Counted from the first letter of the stretch, positions 50,890 to 64,000 are shown. The stretch is DNA of 64,000 nucleotides from Pristiophorus japonicus (GCF_044704955.1 NC_091999.1:38750001-38814000); one strand, 5' to 3'. The notes: generated by a model not told the origin, from the sequence alone. Numbers and translations are program-made.

Positions 50890-53800
50890 GAAGAAATGTG
50901 GGGATATTCAGAATGAAAACAAAAGGAAGAAAGCGTATGTAATAATACTCACCTGCTACAGAGGACACATAGATACTTAAACACATCAAATTCAAGAGTT
51001 AGAAGCTAAGATAAATAAGCTGGCAGAGAAAAAGACAGGACCAGATAGATAGTGCAGAGCACAGCCACAGCACCATCACCTACGGTAATAGAGATAATGT
51101 ACCCCAAGTTGGGTAAGTGCAGTCCACAACCCCAACCTAACAGTCAATCAGACAGGGATAATGAGTTTGGAGTAGAGGTGGCCCCGGCACATGATAATGG
51201 CTATTTATCAGTGGCACTGATACGCACGACCACCATTCGCTCCAGCGGATGTAGAGCAGCCCACATTGCCATACAGGAGGTGCCCCTCAGCCCACAGGAG
51301 ACAAATTCTATTGAATAAGTTACCACCCGCTAAAGCAAAATAGTAGAGATACAGAACTCTGACAAAAGACTGGAGTAGAATACTGTGACTCAAAAGGCAG
51401 GGAAAAGGTTTGGGGAGTACGGGGAACGAAAGTGGATTGAATACAAAAACCACTCTGGGGCTGATGACCGCAACAGAAATGATGCAGCATTCTTGAAAAT
51501 GTTTAAGGATGGACTAGGAAAGGCACATCAAAAGATAATTAAGTGAGTATTTAAGACAGGAGATGATTATGATAAAACTTTGGAATGGGCAGAACATGTA
51601 GAGTGGTTAAAGTTAGAACAAGGGATAAATGAGCAAAAATAGCAGCAACAGCGTTAGCAGCAGAGACGAAGGAGGAAGAGACAGACTCCCGCGCAGCTCC
51701 ACTGATATGTTTAAACTGCAATCAGGAAGGTAACTTCAGTAGGGATTGCCTGCAGAAAAGCAGACGTTACAGCAATTCTAAAGGGACATGTCAAAATTGT
51801 GGTAAACTTGGACATTTGGCCAAAGATTGCTGGAGTTATGAGGAAGGCGCTGGATGGCGAGACCACAAACAGGCAAAGAAGGGAATACCATTAACCAGGG
51901 AAGATCTGATGGACATGCTCAGACAGGTACCAGCACCACTGGTACCACTGCCACCACCGCCCCAACCCGAGAACACCCAATAACCAACTTAGATTTGCCC
52001 CTGACCCATAGGACCATCAACATACAAGGAGAGAGTGGGGGATATCAGAAAGCGACCCGAAGTGAGATGGTGTTGTCGAAGTACAGGGGTAGTGCTACCT
52101 GCTAAGTTTTGGTGCTGTCAGAATACAGAAGACAACATAGAGAAGGCATACAGAAGGCAGCGATACATTAAGGGAGATAGGGGTACTGATAGCTCTTCAG
52201 CGTAATCGGATAATTTTGGGAGATAAGCACGAAACCGAATTAAGTTCGAAAACCCGGGACACCAGCAGCAACGAGTGGTAGGAACAACCATAATCCAACC
52301 CGAGTGGGAAACAAAGGGTGTATGGGCTAGCGTGTGCCAATTATACCCGACTCTGTGGGCACAATGCAAACAAGATTATGGATTAGCAGAGATATCACCC
52401 ATCAAAATTCCTGGACCCGAACACAAAGCTCACCGACAGTTCGAATTAACACCAGAAGCTGAGGTAGCGGTCTGTTAGATAGTGCATGAATTAGAGGAGC
52501 AAAGTATATTGAAACATGTAATAGCCTCCATTAATTCACCTGTGTGGCTGATGAAGAAACCCGACAGGTCTTACCGATTGACTATCGATTATACCACCCT
52601 GAATAAGGTGACTTCCGGAGAACACCCAATAGTGGCAAGTCCAGCCACAATTTTTAATGGCCTGGATCCAGATCATAAGATATTCACCATGCTGGATATA
52701 GTGAATGGAACTTGGACTATTCCCTTAGCCAAAGAGTCTCAAGGAAAATTTGTCTTCAAGGTAAATGGATAACAAAACACATGGTCGAAGGTACCACTGG
52801 GATTCAATAACAGCTGGAGCATCTTTCATCGAATATTGTCAGGAGAAAGAAGGAGCGAAGTAACATATCTGGGATAGATAATATCGTAAGGGAAGAGACA
52901 GATGCCCGAGGACAGTAAGGAACAATTCAATCAATCCCCAGACCAGGAACCGTGAAAGGGGTCAGGCAGGTACTCGGGCTATTAAACTACTGCAGAAATG
53001 TTATTCCCGAATATGCCAAGATGACCTAACCTATACAGAAACAGGTCAAAGGATGGGAACCCTTCTAAGAGCCAGTAAACTGGGGTCTAGATCAAGAAAC
53101 TGCATGTGTGCGGTTAAAACAAACTCTCAAGTGCTCCAGCCCTGGGACTACCAGACCAGAATAGGCCCTTTCACGTCTATACCTACCATATTAACCATCA
53201 TTATAACGCGGTGGTGATTCAATTACATGGAGACAGGCATAGACCAGTGGCATATTACTCAGATAAACCGCAACCTGTAGCTGCAGGACTGTCCAGGTGC
53301 GTTGCTGCCCACGACTGTGCGGCTTGGGCCATCAGATTTAACGAACCAATAATAATGTCAGGGTGCATTATTCTACAAACCCAGCGTACCTTAGTAGAAT
53401 TACTTAAAACTGGAAGGCTAAAAATGTATTCGATGCACAAATGGCGAGGTGGTAAATAATGTTCTCCCCCCTCCTCTCCCGCCACCCCCCACCCCCCGCT
53501 CCGCCCCACTCAACGGGACGGTAACAATAATAAAAGACGCCTGCAGGGTGGATCATTACAAAGGGAGAGGAGCATCATTGTAGCACAATAGAAGATGAGG
53601 GAAGTAGTCAGGCAAGTGAAACCCTGCTTGAGGAGGCAGACATGGATCTATATGTAGATGAGTTTCGGCGCTATATCAATGGGACACCACAGACAGGATG
53701 GGTCGTGGTAGATAGCAGCGGTCAGGTCAAAGGGGAAGGACGGTTAGTAGAGAATCTATCAGCTCAAGTGGTTGAACTAGTGGTTCTCACTGAGGCTCTG

Positions 53801-54540
53801 AGGCTTGCGAGGGGAAAATGAGTAAATATCTATACAGACAGTCGATATGCTTTCGGTGTAGAGCATGATTAAATGATAGCCTGGAGCAGACGGTGATACA
53901 CGACCTCAGGAGGAGGACCGATTAAACATGAAGAGATTGGGAAACATCTAGTGGAAGCCTCCTTCCTACCCCAGGAGTGTGCGATAATAAAGATCAAAGC
54001 ACACGTAAAAAATAATGATCAGTATGAACAGGGGAATGCAAGGACAGATGAAGCAGCCAAGCGAGTGGCAGGTACACTGGCCGGGGAAGCCCAAGGCAGA
54101 GCATGTACAATTGGGCCTGAGGAAGTAAATATGCTTGAGGTACAGGGAGAGGCCACTCCGCAGGAACAGGAGGAGTGGAAGCAGAGAGGGCCAAACAAGG
54201 GACCGACGGGATATGGAGAAAATATGGGAATGTGGTGGTCCCGGAATGCATCCACGGGAGCCTATTAAATTTATACCACGGGTATGTGCATACAGGTAGA
54301 ACCAACATGATAAACTTGATGTCCAGATGCTGGTGATGGATTTAGAGAACGACACTAAGAAACAGAAGTTCCAAACACCCCAAATAGGCAGTCAAGAGAT
54401 TACCCCAGAGAGGTTCGGGATCGCATCCAAATGGATCGGTCTCTATCAGGTAATCATGGTAAGTTATGGTACTTATAAGGAGTATCGGCAAGTGGAAACA
54501 CTGGATCCAGTTAAAAAAGCATGGTCACTAACTAACCAGT
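50890..54540 (+). pseudogene. ERV gag-pol remnants: two zinc knuckles (51708-51830), RT N-terminal half, tether, RNase H, deleted integrase
   Basis: CLNCNQEGNFSRDC and CQNCGKLGHLAKDC; NSPVW..KPDRSYRLTIDY..LDIVNG.W.IPL; RPVAYYS; LYVD..SAQVVEL..VNIYTDSRYAFG..KIKAH..GNARTDEAAK. Confidence 0.85.
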
Positions 54541-54568
54541 GACGACCGGAAAATATTGCTTTTTGCAG

Positions 54569-56750
54569 GACTCAAGAGCTCGTGGAAATAACGTGGAGTA
54601 ACGCAGCCTCATATCAGGGACAACAGACTGAGGGATGGCAAGGCCTGTATTACAGGGACTTGGGCGACATTAGTTTAATAAAACATCAAAAACACTGATG
54701 GTGACGGACGGAACAACAGTAGAGTTAAATAACGGGCATAAAACAACGTAACAAGGAAACGAAACAACATTGGGGATGTGTCAATAATACGGGACCATAA
54801 TTAGTGGGAATAAGACCGCGGTGTGTTTTATAATCAGGAGGGTCAAACATACTGCACCCGGGGAAGGGGGTGCAGATTTCACTAACATCTATGAATGGTG
54901 GTGGAGGGATATCTCCAGAGATAGACCCACCAACACGGCCCCATCCACTAGTTTAGCAACAGTGAGCACTACCAGGACCTCGACCATCACACCCCTAGCG
55001 CCACAAACCTGTCCAACTGTGAACACTGGGGCAAAAGAGAAATTGCTATGGCAGACCAAGGATAAGATACACTTCAGGGTACGTCAGCGAATAATTACTG
55101 TATTCGTAAATTTAAACAATATAACTAACACCAACACCTGCAGGTTAAACAGTATAAGCCTGTATAGAAACCTGACCCTGCGAGCACTTAAAGGCCCTCA
55201 ATCAAAAGCCATGAAATTTATTGTCGAAAGAGGGTCAGGTAAAAAACGGGACAGGGGAAAAAGAGGGATTCTAGAAATGGTACACGGTGGGATACGTTGC
55301 GGGAGTTGCAACACTATAGAGCCAGACACGATAGATGATCGAGTTAACGCCCAAACACAAACCTTACAGGGATTGCTTGAAAGGGATGAGGATCATGAAA
55401 AGTTACAGACACAACTCGGTAATGGCGCAGAAAGGGAATTATTAAAGTGGCCCACACATTGCGAGACCACGCCAGAACTAAAAATGAAAAGAGCAGAAAC
55501 GAACTTAAGTAAAACCATACAGACAGAACTATTATGTATAGGATATGGAGTATGGTTGCTGAATGGAATACAACATAACATTGAACAGCTTCAGAATAGA
55601 AAGGTGCCGGATTGGATAACAGTCGATATATTTACCAACTGGACCTTAGAAAAAACATGACTCATGCCTGCGAGGTGCAGAGAAACAGTCATGCTTGGGT
55701 TTCAAAGGCCTGCTGTGTAACCGCACATTAAATAGATTTTTTATTATCGATATGACAGTATGATGTGACAATCGTAGATACTCTACACCAAACAATGTCG
55801 GAGTAAAAAGGAATCAAACTCGTGTGCGGTACGATGAAAAAACAGAAATTTAATTGAAGAGAACAACAGTACTAAGAGTCTCAGCATATGTAGATTGTTA
55901 TAAAAATAACCAAGTTGCTTTATGTCGAGATCTACTACGAATGATCAAAGATGACTGTGGATATAACCAAGTGGACGGGTGCACCTTGAGCATCACCCCC
56001 ACTAACACAGGACTACAAAATTATCGCTGTTTCACGAGGATATGGAGATTCATGTGTGAGCATCACGGCAACTGAAATGAAGAAAGGAACACGTCATGCA
56101 CCATTATGGATATTGACTTCTGCTTCACTCCACTTGACGAGACAGATATAAATGGGTTTATTACAACCCCTGAGCTAAAGGAGGAAAGATCTTCGGGGCA
56201 ATGATGGACATTACCTGAGGAGGTTATGCGAAGGCCATCGGACAACAAGGAAAACCAATACTCCAACTGAAAGAGAAACAAACTGGACTGAAATGGACAC
56301 CATTCGTCAACATAGAGGATACCCCAGGCAGGGCAGGAATTCGGTACAATAGAGAAGACCCCAAGTGGAGGAAAAATAGAAGAAAGAGAGGATACCCCAG
56401 GCGGGGCATAATTCTAACACCGAGAAAATATTGGCTAGAAAGGACTTATACACGAACTATGCTGGACTCATTGTACTGGTTGTAGTGCAAGGGAACTCAC
56501 CTTGCTAGTATTATCCTTTAAAAAGCTGTAACCGACGTAAGAGGCAGGCCCTAGTCCGTACTGTGGATAAAACATTGAAGAAAGGGAAATCAGACTGTCC
56601 GGCAGAAAGGACATACATAGTATAACCTTGATGGGCAAACCAACAGATAGGTCCAGGAGCTCGGGAAGTAGCACTACCCAAGTAAAAGGTCACCCCTGGA
56701 AGCTCACCCATGTGGAATTAATTGCGAAATTGCCTATCTTGGGCATATAG
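54569..56750 (+). pseudogene. ERV env remnant
   Basis: Acceptor-like ttgctttttgcag at 54556-68. ORF 54821-55660 has a Thr-rich stretch, NxT/S sites, furin-like RGKR followed by GILEMVHGG and heptad-like sequence. Cys-rich fragments lie downstream. Confidence 0.72.
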
Positions 56751-57369
56751 CCAAGGGCCATTAGGGGGAATCGTAAAGGATAAATAATAAGGTTGTAGAT
56801 ATGGGGTCAGAATTATGCTGAAGGTTGTGAACGTATCAATTACCTATGTATGTAACACTTGCTTATAAAGGTATAACACGCTTATACGCAGTATATTATA
56901 GCTTAACCTTAGTAAGACTTAAGCAGCCAATATCAGCAGTTTTCTTTACAAGTCCCTGAGAAGAGATAAAGAAGCCAGGACAACCGTACCAGACATCGGA
57001 TATACTGGGGTAGAGGGCAAAATGGAACAAACCAAAGATGAGAGATGGGCTGTTGCATGTACCACTCAGAGCCCATCTGATAAGAGTCAATAAATCAATG
57101 TAACTTCGCTAATAGCAATAGAACTATCGATGATTTTGCAGGAGGAAAGCTCCTCTCCAACACCTGTATAAATTATGCTTGAAAACCCTTCTATTTCAGA
57201 GGTTCCAAGATTGAACCATCCCGTGCATTGCTCGTAATAAAACCAATAAACCTGAGGTTTCGTTTGTTTACTTCCTTGGTCGTTATACAGTGGGAAGCTG
57301 GGCGAGATGTCGTTTAGCTCCATCAGTTAGTCCACCTTAAAGGTGAGAAGCCTCCTTTTTACCCCAACA

Positions 57370-59455
57370 CCTACCCTCCTCACCCCTCCCCTCTCCTCTC
57401 TCCTCACATCTCTCCTATGCTCATCTCCTCTCCTCTCCGCTGCCTTCTCCCCTCCTCTACTCTATTCTCCTCTCCTATCCTCGCCACTACCCTCTCCTGT
57501 CCCCTGCCCAGTCCTCTCCTCTAATCCCCTCCCCTCTTCACTCCAATTACCTCTCCTCTCCTCTCATCACATCTACTCTCCATTCCTCTACTCTCCCCTG
57601 CTCTGCTTTCTTCTCACCTCTCCTCCCCTACACTCTCGTCCCCTCCCTGCTCATCTCTACCCTCCTCTCTCCGCTCGTCCCTCTTTTCCTCCCCTCTACA
57701 CAACTCTCCTCCTCTCGCCTCCCCTCTCCTCCACACTCCTCTCATCTCCTCTCTCCTCTGCTCACCTCCTTTTCCTTTCATCTTCTCTCCTCCTCTCCCC
57801 TCTCCTCCTCTATCCTCTCCACTCGGCTCATCCCTTCTCCCATCTGCTCCTCTCTCCTCTCCACTTCTCTCCTCACCTGTTTTCCCGTTCTCTCCTCTCT
57901 CCTCTCCCATTTCCCGCCTTTCCACAACTCTCCTCCCCATTCAGCTGTTCTCCTCAACTCTCTTATGTCCTCATTTTCTCCCCTCTCGCCTACCTTCTCC
58001 ATGCCTGTATTCCATTCTCCCCTCACCCGACCCATTTCTCCTCCCCTTTCCTCTCCTCCATTCTCCTCTCATCTCCTCTCATCTCCTCTCCTCTGCTCTC
58101 TCATCTCCAATCATCTCCTCTCCTCCCCTATCCTCTCCTCCCCCCTGTTTTCAAGTCGCTTCTATCTCTACTCTCCTCTCCACTCCAATCATCTCTACTC
58201 CGCTCCCCTAAATTCTCCCCTCTTCTCCTCTCCCCTCTCCCCTCCGTCTCACCTCTGCTCCCCTTTCATTTTAACTCCTATCCTCAACTTGTGTCCTCTG
58301 ATGTTCTCCCCTCTCTTCTCCTTCCCGCTCCTCTCGTTCCCTCTGCTCTCCTGTACCCTCTCCACTCCTCTCTTCTCCACTCCTCTCCTTGCCCTCCTAC
58401 CCTCTCCTCCCATCTGCTCTCCTTTCCTCTACCCTCTTTTCACCTCCTCCTCTCATTCATTGTATTCTCTCTCCTCTCCTCTCCCCTAACTTCACCACCC
58501 CTCTTTTCCATTCACCTCTACTCACCTCTCCACTACCCACTCTTCTTTCCTCTCCTGCCCTCTTTTCTCCTCCCCTCTCTTGTCCCATGTCTCATCCTCT
58601 CCTCTCCTCTAATCTACTACCCTCCTCTCTCCTTTTCATCTTTTCTCTCCTCTCCTCTCATCTCCTCTACTCTCCTCTCCGTTGCTCGACTCTCCACAGC
58701 TCTTCTCCCCTCCATTCTCCTCCCCACTTCCCCTCTCTTCTCCCCTCTCCTCCCCTCCCTTCTCATCTCTTCTCGCCCCTGCTCTCCCCACCCTCTTCCT
58801 CTCTTCTCCTCTGACGGTCTCTCCTCTACTCTCCCGCCGCCCTTCCCCTCTCCTCTGCTCTACTTTCCTTCCCTCGCATCCTCTCTCCTCTCTCCACTTC
58901 ACTCCATTCCTCCCTTCTCCGTTCCGTTCCTCTCCTCCACTCCCCTCTCATCTCTCTTCTCTCCCCTACCTTCTCCCCACCTCTATTCCACTCTCCTCTC
59001 CTACCATCTCCCCTACACTCTCATCTCCATTCCCCTCCTCTCCTCTCTTCCCCTCTCCTATCTTCTCCTCTGCCCTCTTTTCTCCTCTCTTGTCCTCTCC
59101 TTACCTCTTATCAACTTTCCTCTACTCATCTCTGCTCTGCTCTCCTCTCTACTTCCCCTCTCCTCTATCCTCTCCTCCACTAAACCCTCCTCCCCTTCCT
59201 GCTCATCTTCTCTCTTTCCTCCTCCAACCTCTCCTCTCACCTCCTATCCTCTACTCTGCTCTGCTTTCTTCTCCACTCCACTCATCTCCTCCCCTCACCT
59301 CTGCTCTCCTATTCCCCTCCTCTCCTCTCCTCCACACTCATCTCCTTTCGCCTACTCCCCTCCCGCCTCCTGTCCTCTCTCTTCTCCGCACCTCACCTCT
59401 CTGCTCCTTTCATCGCCATTCCTCACCTCCAGTCTCTCCATTTCATGCTCTGAGT
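57370..59455. repeat. CT-rich (polypyrimidine) low-complexity tract
   Basis: Degenerate (CTCCT)n over ~2.1 kb. Confidence 0.95.
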
Positions 59456-59489
59456 AAAATAAACGATAGCATGGCGTGTGACTATCTGC

Positions 59490-60500
59490 ATGGCATAGGT
59501 CGCCATGAATCTTCACTGACCATTGTATTAACAGCACACATGTATCCTTACTGACCATTGTATTATCTGTCCCCATGTACCCTTATTGACCAATATGTTA
59601 TCTGCCCCCATATGCCCTTACGGACCACTGTATTATCTGTCCCCATGAACCCTTACTGACCAATATATTATATGCCCCATGTCCCCTTCGTGACCACTGT
59701 ATTATCTGTCCCCATGTCTCCTTACTGACCTCTGTATTATCTGTCCACATGTATCCTTACTCACCATTATATTAACAGTCACCATCTACCCTTACTCACC
59801 ATTTTATTATCCTTCCCAATCTACCCTTACTGACCATTGTATTATCTGTCCCCATGTATCCTAATTGACGACTGTATTATCCATTCGCATGTACACTTAG
59901 TGACCACTGTATTATCAGTCCCATGTATCCTTACTCGCCATTATATTAACAGTCACCATGTACCCTTACTGACCATTGTATTATCAATCCCCATGTACCC
60001 TTACTGACCACTGTATTATCAGTCCCAATGTACCCTTACTGACCACTGTATTATCAGTCCCCATTTACCCTTACTGACCATTGTATTATCTGTCCCCATG
60101 TATCCTAATTGACGACTGTATTATCCATCCGCATGTACACTTAGTGAGCACTGTATTATCAGTCCCATGTATCCTTACTCGCCATTATATTAACAGTCAC
60201 CATGTACCCTTACTGACCATTGTATTATCAGTCCTCATGTACCCTTACTGACCACTGTATTATCAGTCCCCATGTACCCTTACTGACCATTGTATTATCA
60301 GTCCTCATGTACCCTTACTGACCACTGTATTATCAGTCCCCATGTATACTTACTGACCATTGTATTATCAGTCCTCATGTATCTTTACTGACCAGTGTGT
60401 GATCAGTCGTCATATATCTTTACTGACCATTGTATTATCAGTGCCAATGTATCCTTACTTAGCACTGTACTGTCAGTCCCCATGTATGTTACTGACCTTT
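59490..60500. repeat. 35-bp minisatellite (ACCCTTACTGACCACTGTATTATCAGTCCCCATGT)
   Basis: accctt recurs at 60241, 60276 and onward. Confidence 0.92.
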
Positions 60501-60853
60501 ACTTAGAAATCTATCCTTCCATTTGTTTTATTTCACTTGTGTTACGCCGAGAAGTGAATTGAAAATCTGAAATTACAGAGTTATTTTATATCTCAGTAAT
60601 AATATAAACTCCCTAAATGAAGCTGCTCCCTTCACATGCATGCTGTGATTCTGTGGACTGAACTATTTCTGATTTTACCAATAGTGATTGGTTTTGGATA
60701 AAGTTATTTGATCTGAAAGCCACGTTGCTTTTAAGATATTTTGCAATTGAAAGTGATGCAAAGAAAAGGTTCGGACAACTTGTTTATTCAGTGACTGTGA
60801 TTAATATCCTTCAGTGTGCAGTTTAATTGTCTCACTGGAGAGTTCACTCAGGC

Positions 60854-60861
60854 TATAAATA
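60854..60861 (+). promoter_or_regulatory. TATA box of the GPR139-like gene
   Basis: TATAAATA ~90 bp upstream of the ATG at 60951. Confidence 0.6.
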
Positions 60862-60950
60862 GGGATTTTTTTCAGCCTGTACAGCAATGTTTGACTGAAG
60901 TTGTTGTCTAAAACGAACAGTTCTCATTGGAGGTCACAGAAAGTCAAATC

Positions 60951-63900
60951 ATGTTCTGGGAGATTCCAACTGAGCTTAGGATCCTGTGGGCACTTTTAAA
61001 TGTGGAACGTATTTATTACCCGCTCCTCGCTGCAGTTGGTGTTCCTGGTGAGACCTTCATCTACAATTAATTATGTAACCCATGTTTCTCTTAATTTTCT
61101 GTCCTTGTCCTTTAGTTCTAGTTATTAATTGTATTCAATTTAAACCTCTTGTTCTGTGTCTGGCAATGCAAAGAAGTTTCTGTCATGTAATGTTTGATCA
61201 TTTGTTAATTTGCTGCTCCCAGTTCAATGAACAGTATGTTGTTTTCACAATTTAAACCTATTTTCTGTGTCTGGCAATGCACGGAAGTTTCTGTCATGTA
61301 ATGTTTGATGATTTGCTGATTCGCTGATCCCAGTTCAATGAACAGTATGTTGTTTTCACAATTTAAACCTCTTGTTCTGTGTCAGGCAATGCACGGAAAT
61401 TTCTGTCATGTAATGTTTGATAATTTGCTGACTCACTGCTCCCAGTTCAAGAAACAGTGTGTTGTTTCCGCAACTTGTTTCCAGTGATAGTGGTTTACAG
61501 GATTTGACAGAAATTTGATTTTATTGACACAAGATATGTTAGTGAACGATTATATTATTGAACAGCTTGCAGTCAGCTTTCTGCACTGATGCCCAGTGTT
61601 GGATAATAAATATGTGTTCAGAGGTAATACGTGTTTTAAGGACCGCTGGTTATTATTAATGACACTGCTCTGTGGAAATCAGCGTTGAGAGATCCTTCAC
61701 AAATACACTGAGATATGAGACATTATCCACTAATGATTCAGGTATAGAGAGTTGTCGTAATTTCCACCACCTCCCGCTCTGCCTCACAGTCACTAATTCC
61801 AGATGATCAGGACAGGGTTAAAACTGCAATACGTCTTCCAGTAAAATGTTTATTCAGTTGTGCTTGAATTGATTTATTTCCTTTTTCAGCCACAGTTCAG
61901 GAGATCTCGGTGTGGGCCGCACGGTAGCAACTATTCAAAATGTAGCACTATATTGTGAAATATTTTGATATTTCCAGTCTCAAACTCTCTCTGTCAACTG
62001 GAAGTCTGTAACTTTCTCACACCAGGTGAAAGGCAGCAGGTTGACATGGTTCCAGCTGTAAACAGAGACGTTCGAAAATCCTCTGTGACATCATACAACA
62101 TGGGTCATCATTAGTCTATTGTAAAGCGACAGTCCCTTCTTTAAAGATTATTTGCAATATTCTTGGAAAGTCAGCTTAAGCCAGTTACAAAGTGTACTTT
62201 CAATACAATGGTTGGAAAGGTTCTGATTTCGATACATAATGCAATTCAAGTCATCTTCTTCAGCCTTCGACACAACCGCCATAATCTCGCCAAAGACTCC
62301 ATTCCCCTCTCTGGCAACAAATTTCATTCCCCACCTTGGCCACAGACTCCATTCCCCTCCCTGTACAGACTCCATTCCTTTTCTTGGCCACAGACTCCAT
62401 TCCTCCCTTGGCCCACAACTCCATTCTCCTCCCTGGACACAGATTCCATTCCCCTCGCTGTCCCCAGACTACATTCCCATCCCTGGACAATGACTCTATT
62501 CCCCTCAATGGACACAGGTTATTGACAAACTCGCGGCTTCTTGTGCTGAATTATTGCTCACTCTGACTTGGATATGGCGTTATATATTAGTCTCATTCAG
62601 CGCTTTAACATCCCGGCAAAAGTCCAACACATTAATTCTTTCAGTCATGACCCAGCAACCACACATCACATCCACCGCTTCACTCACTCGCTGTCACAAC
62701 ACCCAAACATCCCATCCACTGGTACATTCAGTCCAGAGCCAACGCCCACACGTTCCATCCATTGGTACATTCAGTCCTTGCCCCGACACCCACACGTCCC
62801 ATATATTGGTTCTTTCAATACCTGTGCCAAACACCACACGACCCATCCGCTGGTGTAATCAGTCCTGACCCAAACACCACACGTCCCATCCGCTGGTGTA
62901 ATCAGTCCTGACCCAAACACCACACGACCCATCCGCTGGTGTAATCAGTCCTGACCCAAACACCACACGTCCCATTGGATAGTTCATTTAATCCTGACAC
63001 ATTTCACACATAATTCTTTGAGACAGCTGATGTTGCACTCAAAATGAAATATAAATTCCCTGTTTTTCTCTTTCTTGCAGTGAACTTAGTGACGATAATG
63101 ATCCTGTCTCGAGGAAGGTGCGGTCTCTCCAAGTGTGTCAGCCGTTACCTGGTGGCAATGGCAGCGGCAGATCTACTGGTCGTTATCCTCGACCTGATAT
63201 CCAGGCAGATTCCTATTCTTTATTCAACCGCGTTTGAGTTCATGTGGAAGAGTAAAGTGTGTAATATCCATGCCATCCTGCTTTACGCAGTCACAGACTG
63301 TTCCGTCTGGTTCACAGTTGCTTTTACCTTTGATCGATGTATAGCCATTTGTTGTCAGAAGCTCAAAACCAAATATTGCACCGAGAAAACGGCGACTGTG
63401 GCTATGGGAACACTGAGTGCGCTGTTCTGTGTAAAGAACACTTTCTGGTACTTTATGTATGGAGGTATGTATCAGATTTCCAATGGTAGCTGGTTTTGTT
63501 TTGTTACATGGGAAGTCTCTGAGTCACTATCATGGGCAGTAATTGAATTCCTTCATTATATTATAACACCGTTTATTCCATTTGTTCTGATCCTTCTGCT
63601 CAATACTTTAACTGTCAGACAAGTTTTAGTATCGAGCAGAGCCTGCAGGAGACTCAGGGCCCACAGCAGTGGGGAGATTCCCAGTGACCCAGAGATGGAG
63701 AAGCGAAGGAAATCCATCATTTTACTGTTTGTTATATCCGGCAATTTTATCCTGCTATGGGCAGTGTTTCTCTTATATTCTGTGGTTGAACGATTGTATT
63801 TGTTAAACTTTATTCCTGTATATCTACCTCAATATGTACAGGAAATTGGATTTATGCTTCAGCTCCTGAGTTGCTGCACCAACACATGTATTTATGCCGT

Positions 63901-63979
63901 GACCCAGTCGAAATTCAGAGAGGAGTTGAAGAATGTGGTGAAATATCCCTTTACTGTAATTGTTAAATGTATTAAATAA
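60951..63979 (+). CDS. GPR139/GPR142-like class A GPCR, two exons (60951-61047 + 63081-63979), 331 aa, intact
   Basis: Exon 1 MFWEIPTELRILWALLNVERIYYPLLAAVGVP+G|GTGAGA. Acceptor ttcttgcag|TG AAC. NLVTIMILSRGRCGLS..AMAAADLL..FTFDRCIAIC..CCTNTCIY; seven hydrophobic segments; 996 nt in frame. Confidence 0.9.
61137..61470. repeat. ~112-bp tandem triplication in the GPCR intron
   Basis: aatttaaacct...ggcaatgca...cccagttcaa occurs three times. Confidence 0.88.
62290..62985. repeat. Two intronic minisatellites: ~25-bp cacagactccattcccctc unit (62290-62520) and 43-bp unit (62660-62985)
   Basis: caaacaccac recurs at 62828, 62871 and 62914. Confidence 0.85.
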
Positions 63980-64000
63980 TAAGAATCACACAATGTTTTG

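Larger units (their letters stand above)
48973..57369 (+). mobile_element. Degenerate endogenous retrovirus with paired ~600-bp LTRs (~48973-49571 and ~56771-57369) and gag-pol-env remnants
   Basis: LTRs are alignable and end in CAACA. PBS-like TGGCGTCATGAACCGGAT at 49574; PPT AGGGGGAA at 56763-70; retroviral motifs inside. Confidence 0.9.

Noticed and set aside
57343-59457. 704-aa Leu/Ser/Pro-rich ORF
   Set aside because: By-product of the CT-rich tract, which is depleted of stop codons.
63044-63080. ORF-track N-terminus MKYKFPVFLFLA of the GPCR
   Set aside because: This is intronic polypyrimidine tract; the true exon 1 is at 60951-61047.

Overview
Repeat-rich cartilaginous fish (shark-like) genomic DNA. 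The central feature is one elasmobranch-type IgM heavy-chain cluster on the + strand (leader, VH, D, J, Cmu1-Cmu4, secretory tail; ~24.5-46 kb). It is a pseudogene and appears partly germline-joined: V is fused to a D-like segment followed by a 22-bp RSS, and a 12-bp RSS directly precedes J. Its secretory tailpiece is split by a CR1 LINE. That CR1 has itself been hit twice at the same site by an L1/Tx1-clade retrotransposon (a short 3' fragment plus a full-length copy with a 15-bp TSD), which suggests a CR1-targeting Tx1 family. Downstream lie a truncated LTR element with a tRNA-Arg PBS and a degenerate env-bearing ERV. I found no IgM transmembrane exons. Two GPR139/GPR142-like GPCR genes point away from the cluster on either side: an intact two-exon gene at the right end, and exon 1 of another on the minus strand at the left. 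The rest is CR1 debris, Deu-type SINEs, a Harbinger-like relic, many minisatellites (including a 27-bp satellite with an inversion and a higher-order duplication) and a 213-N gap. Family assignments come from motif recognition and recalled shark sequences, not from database searches.
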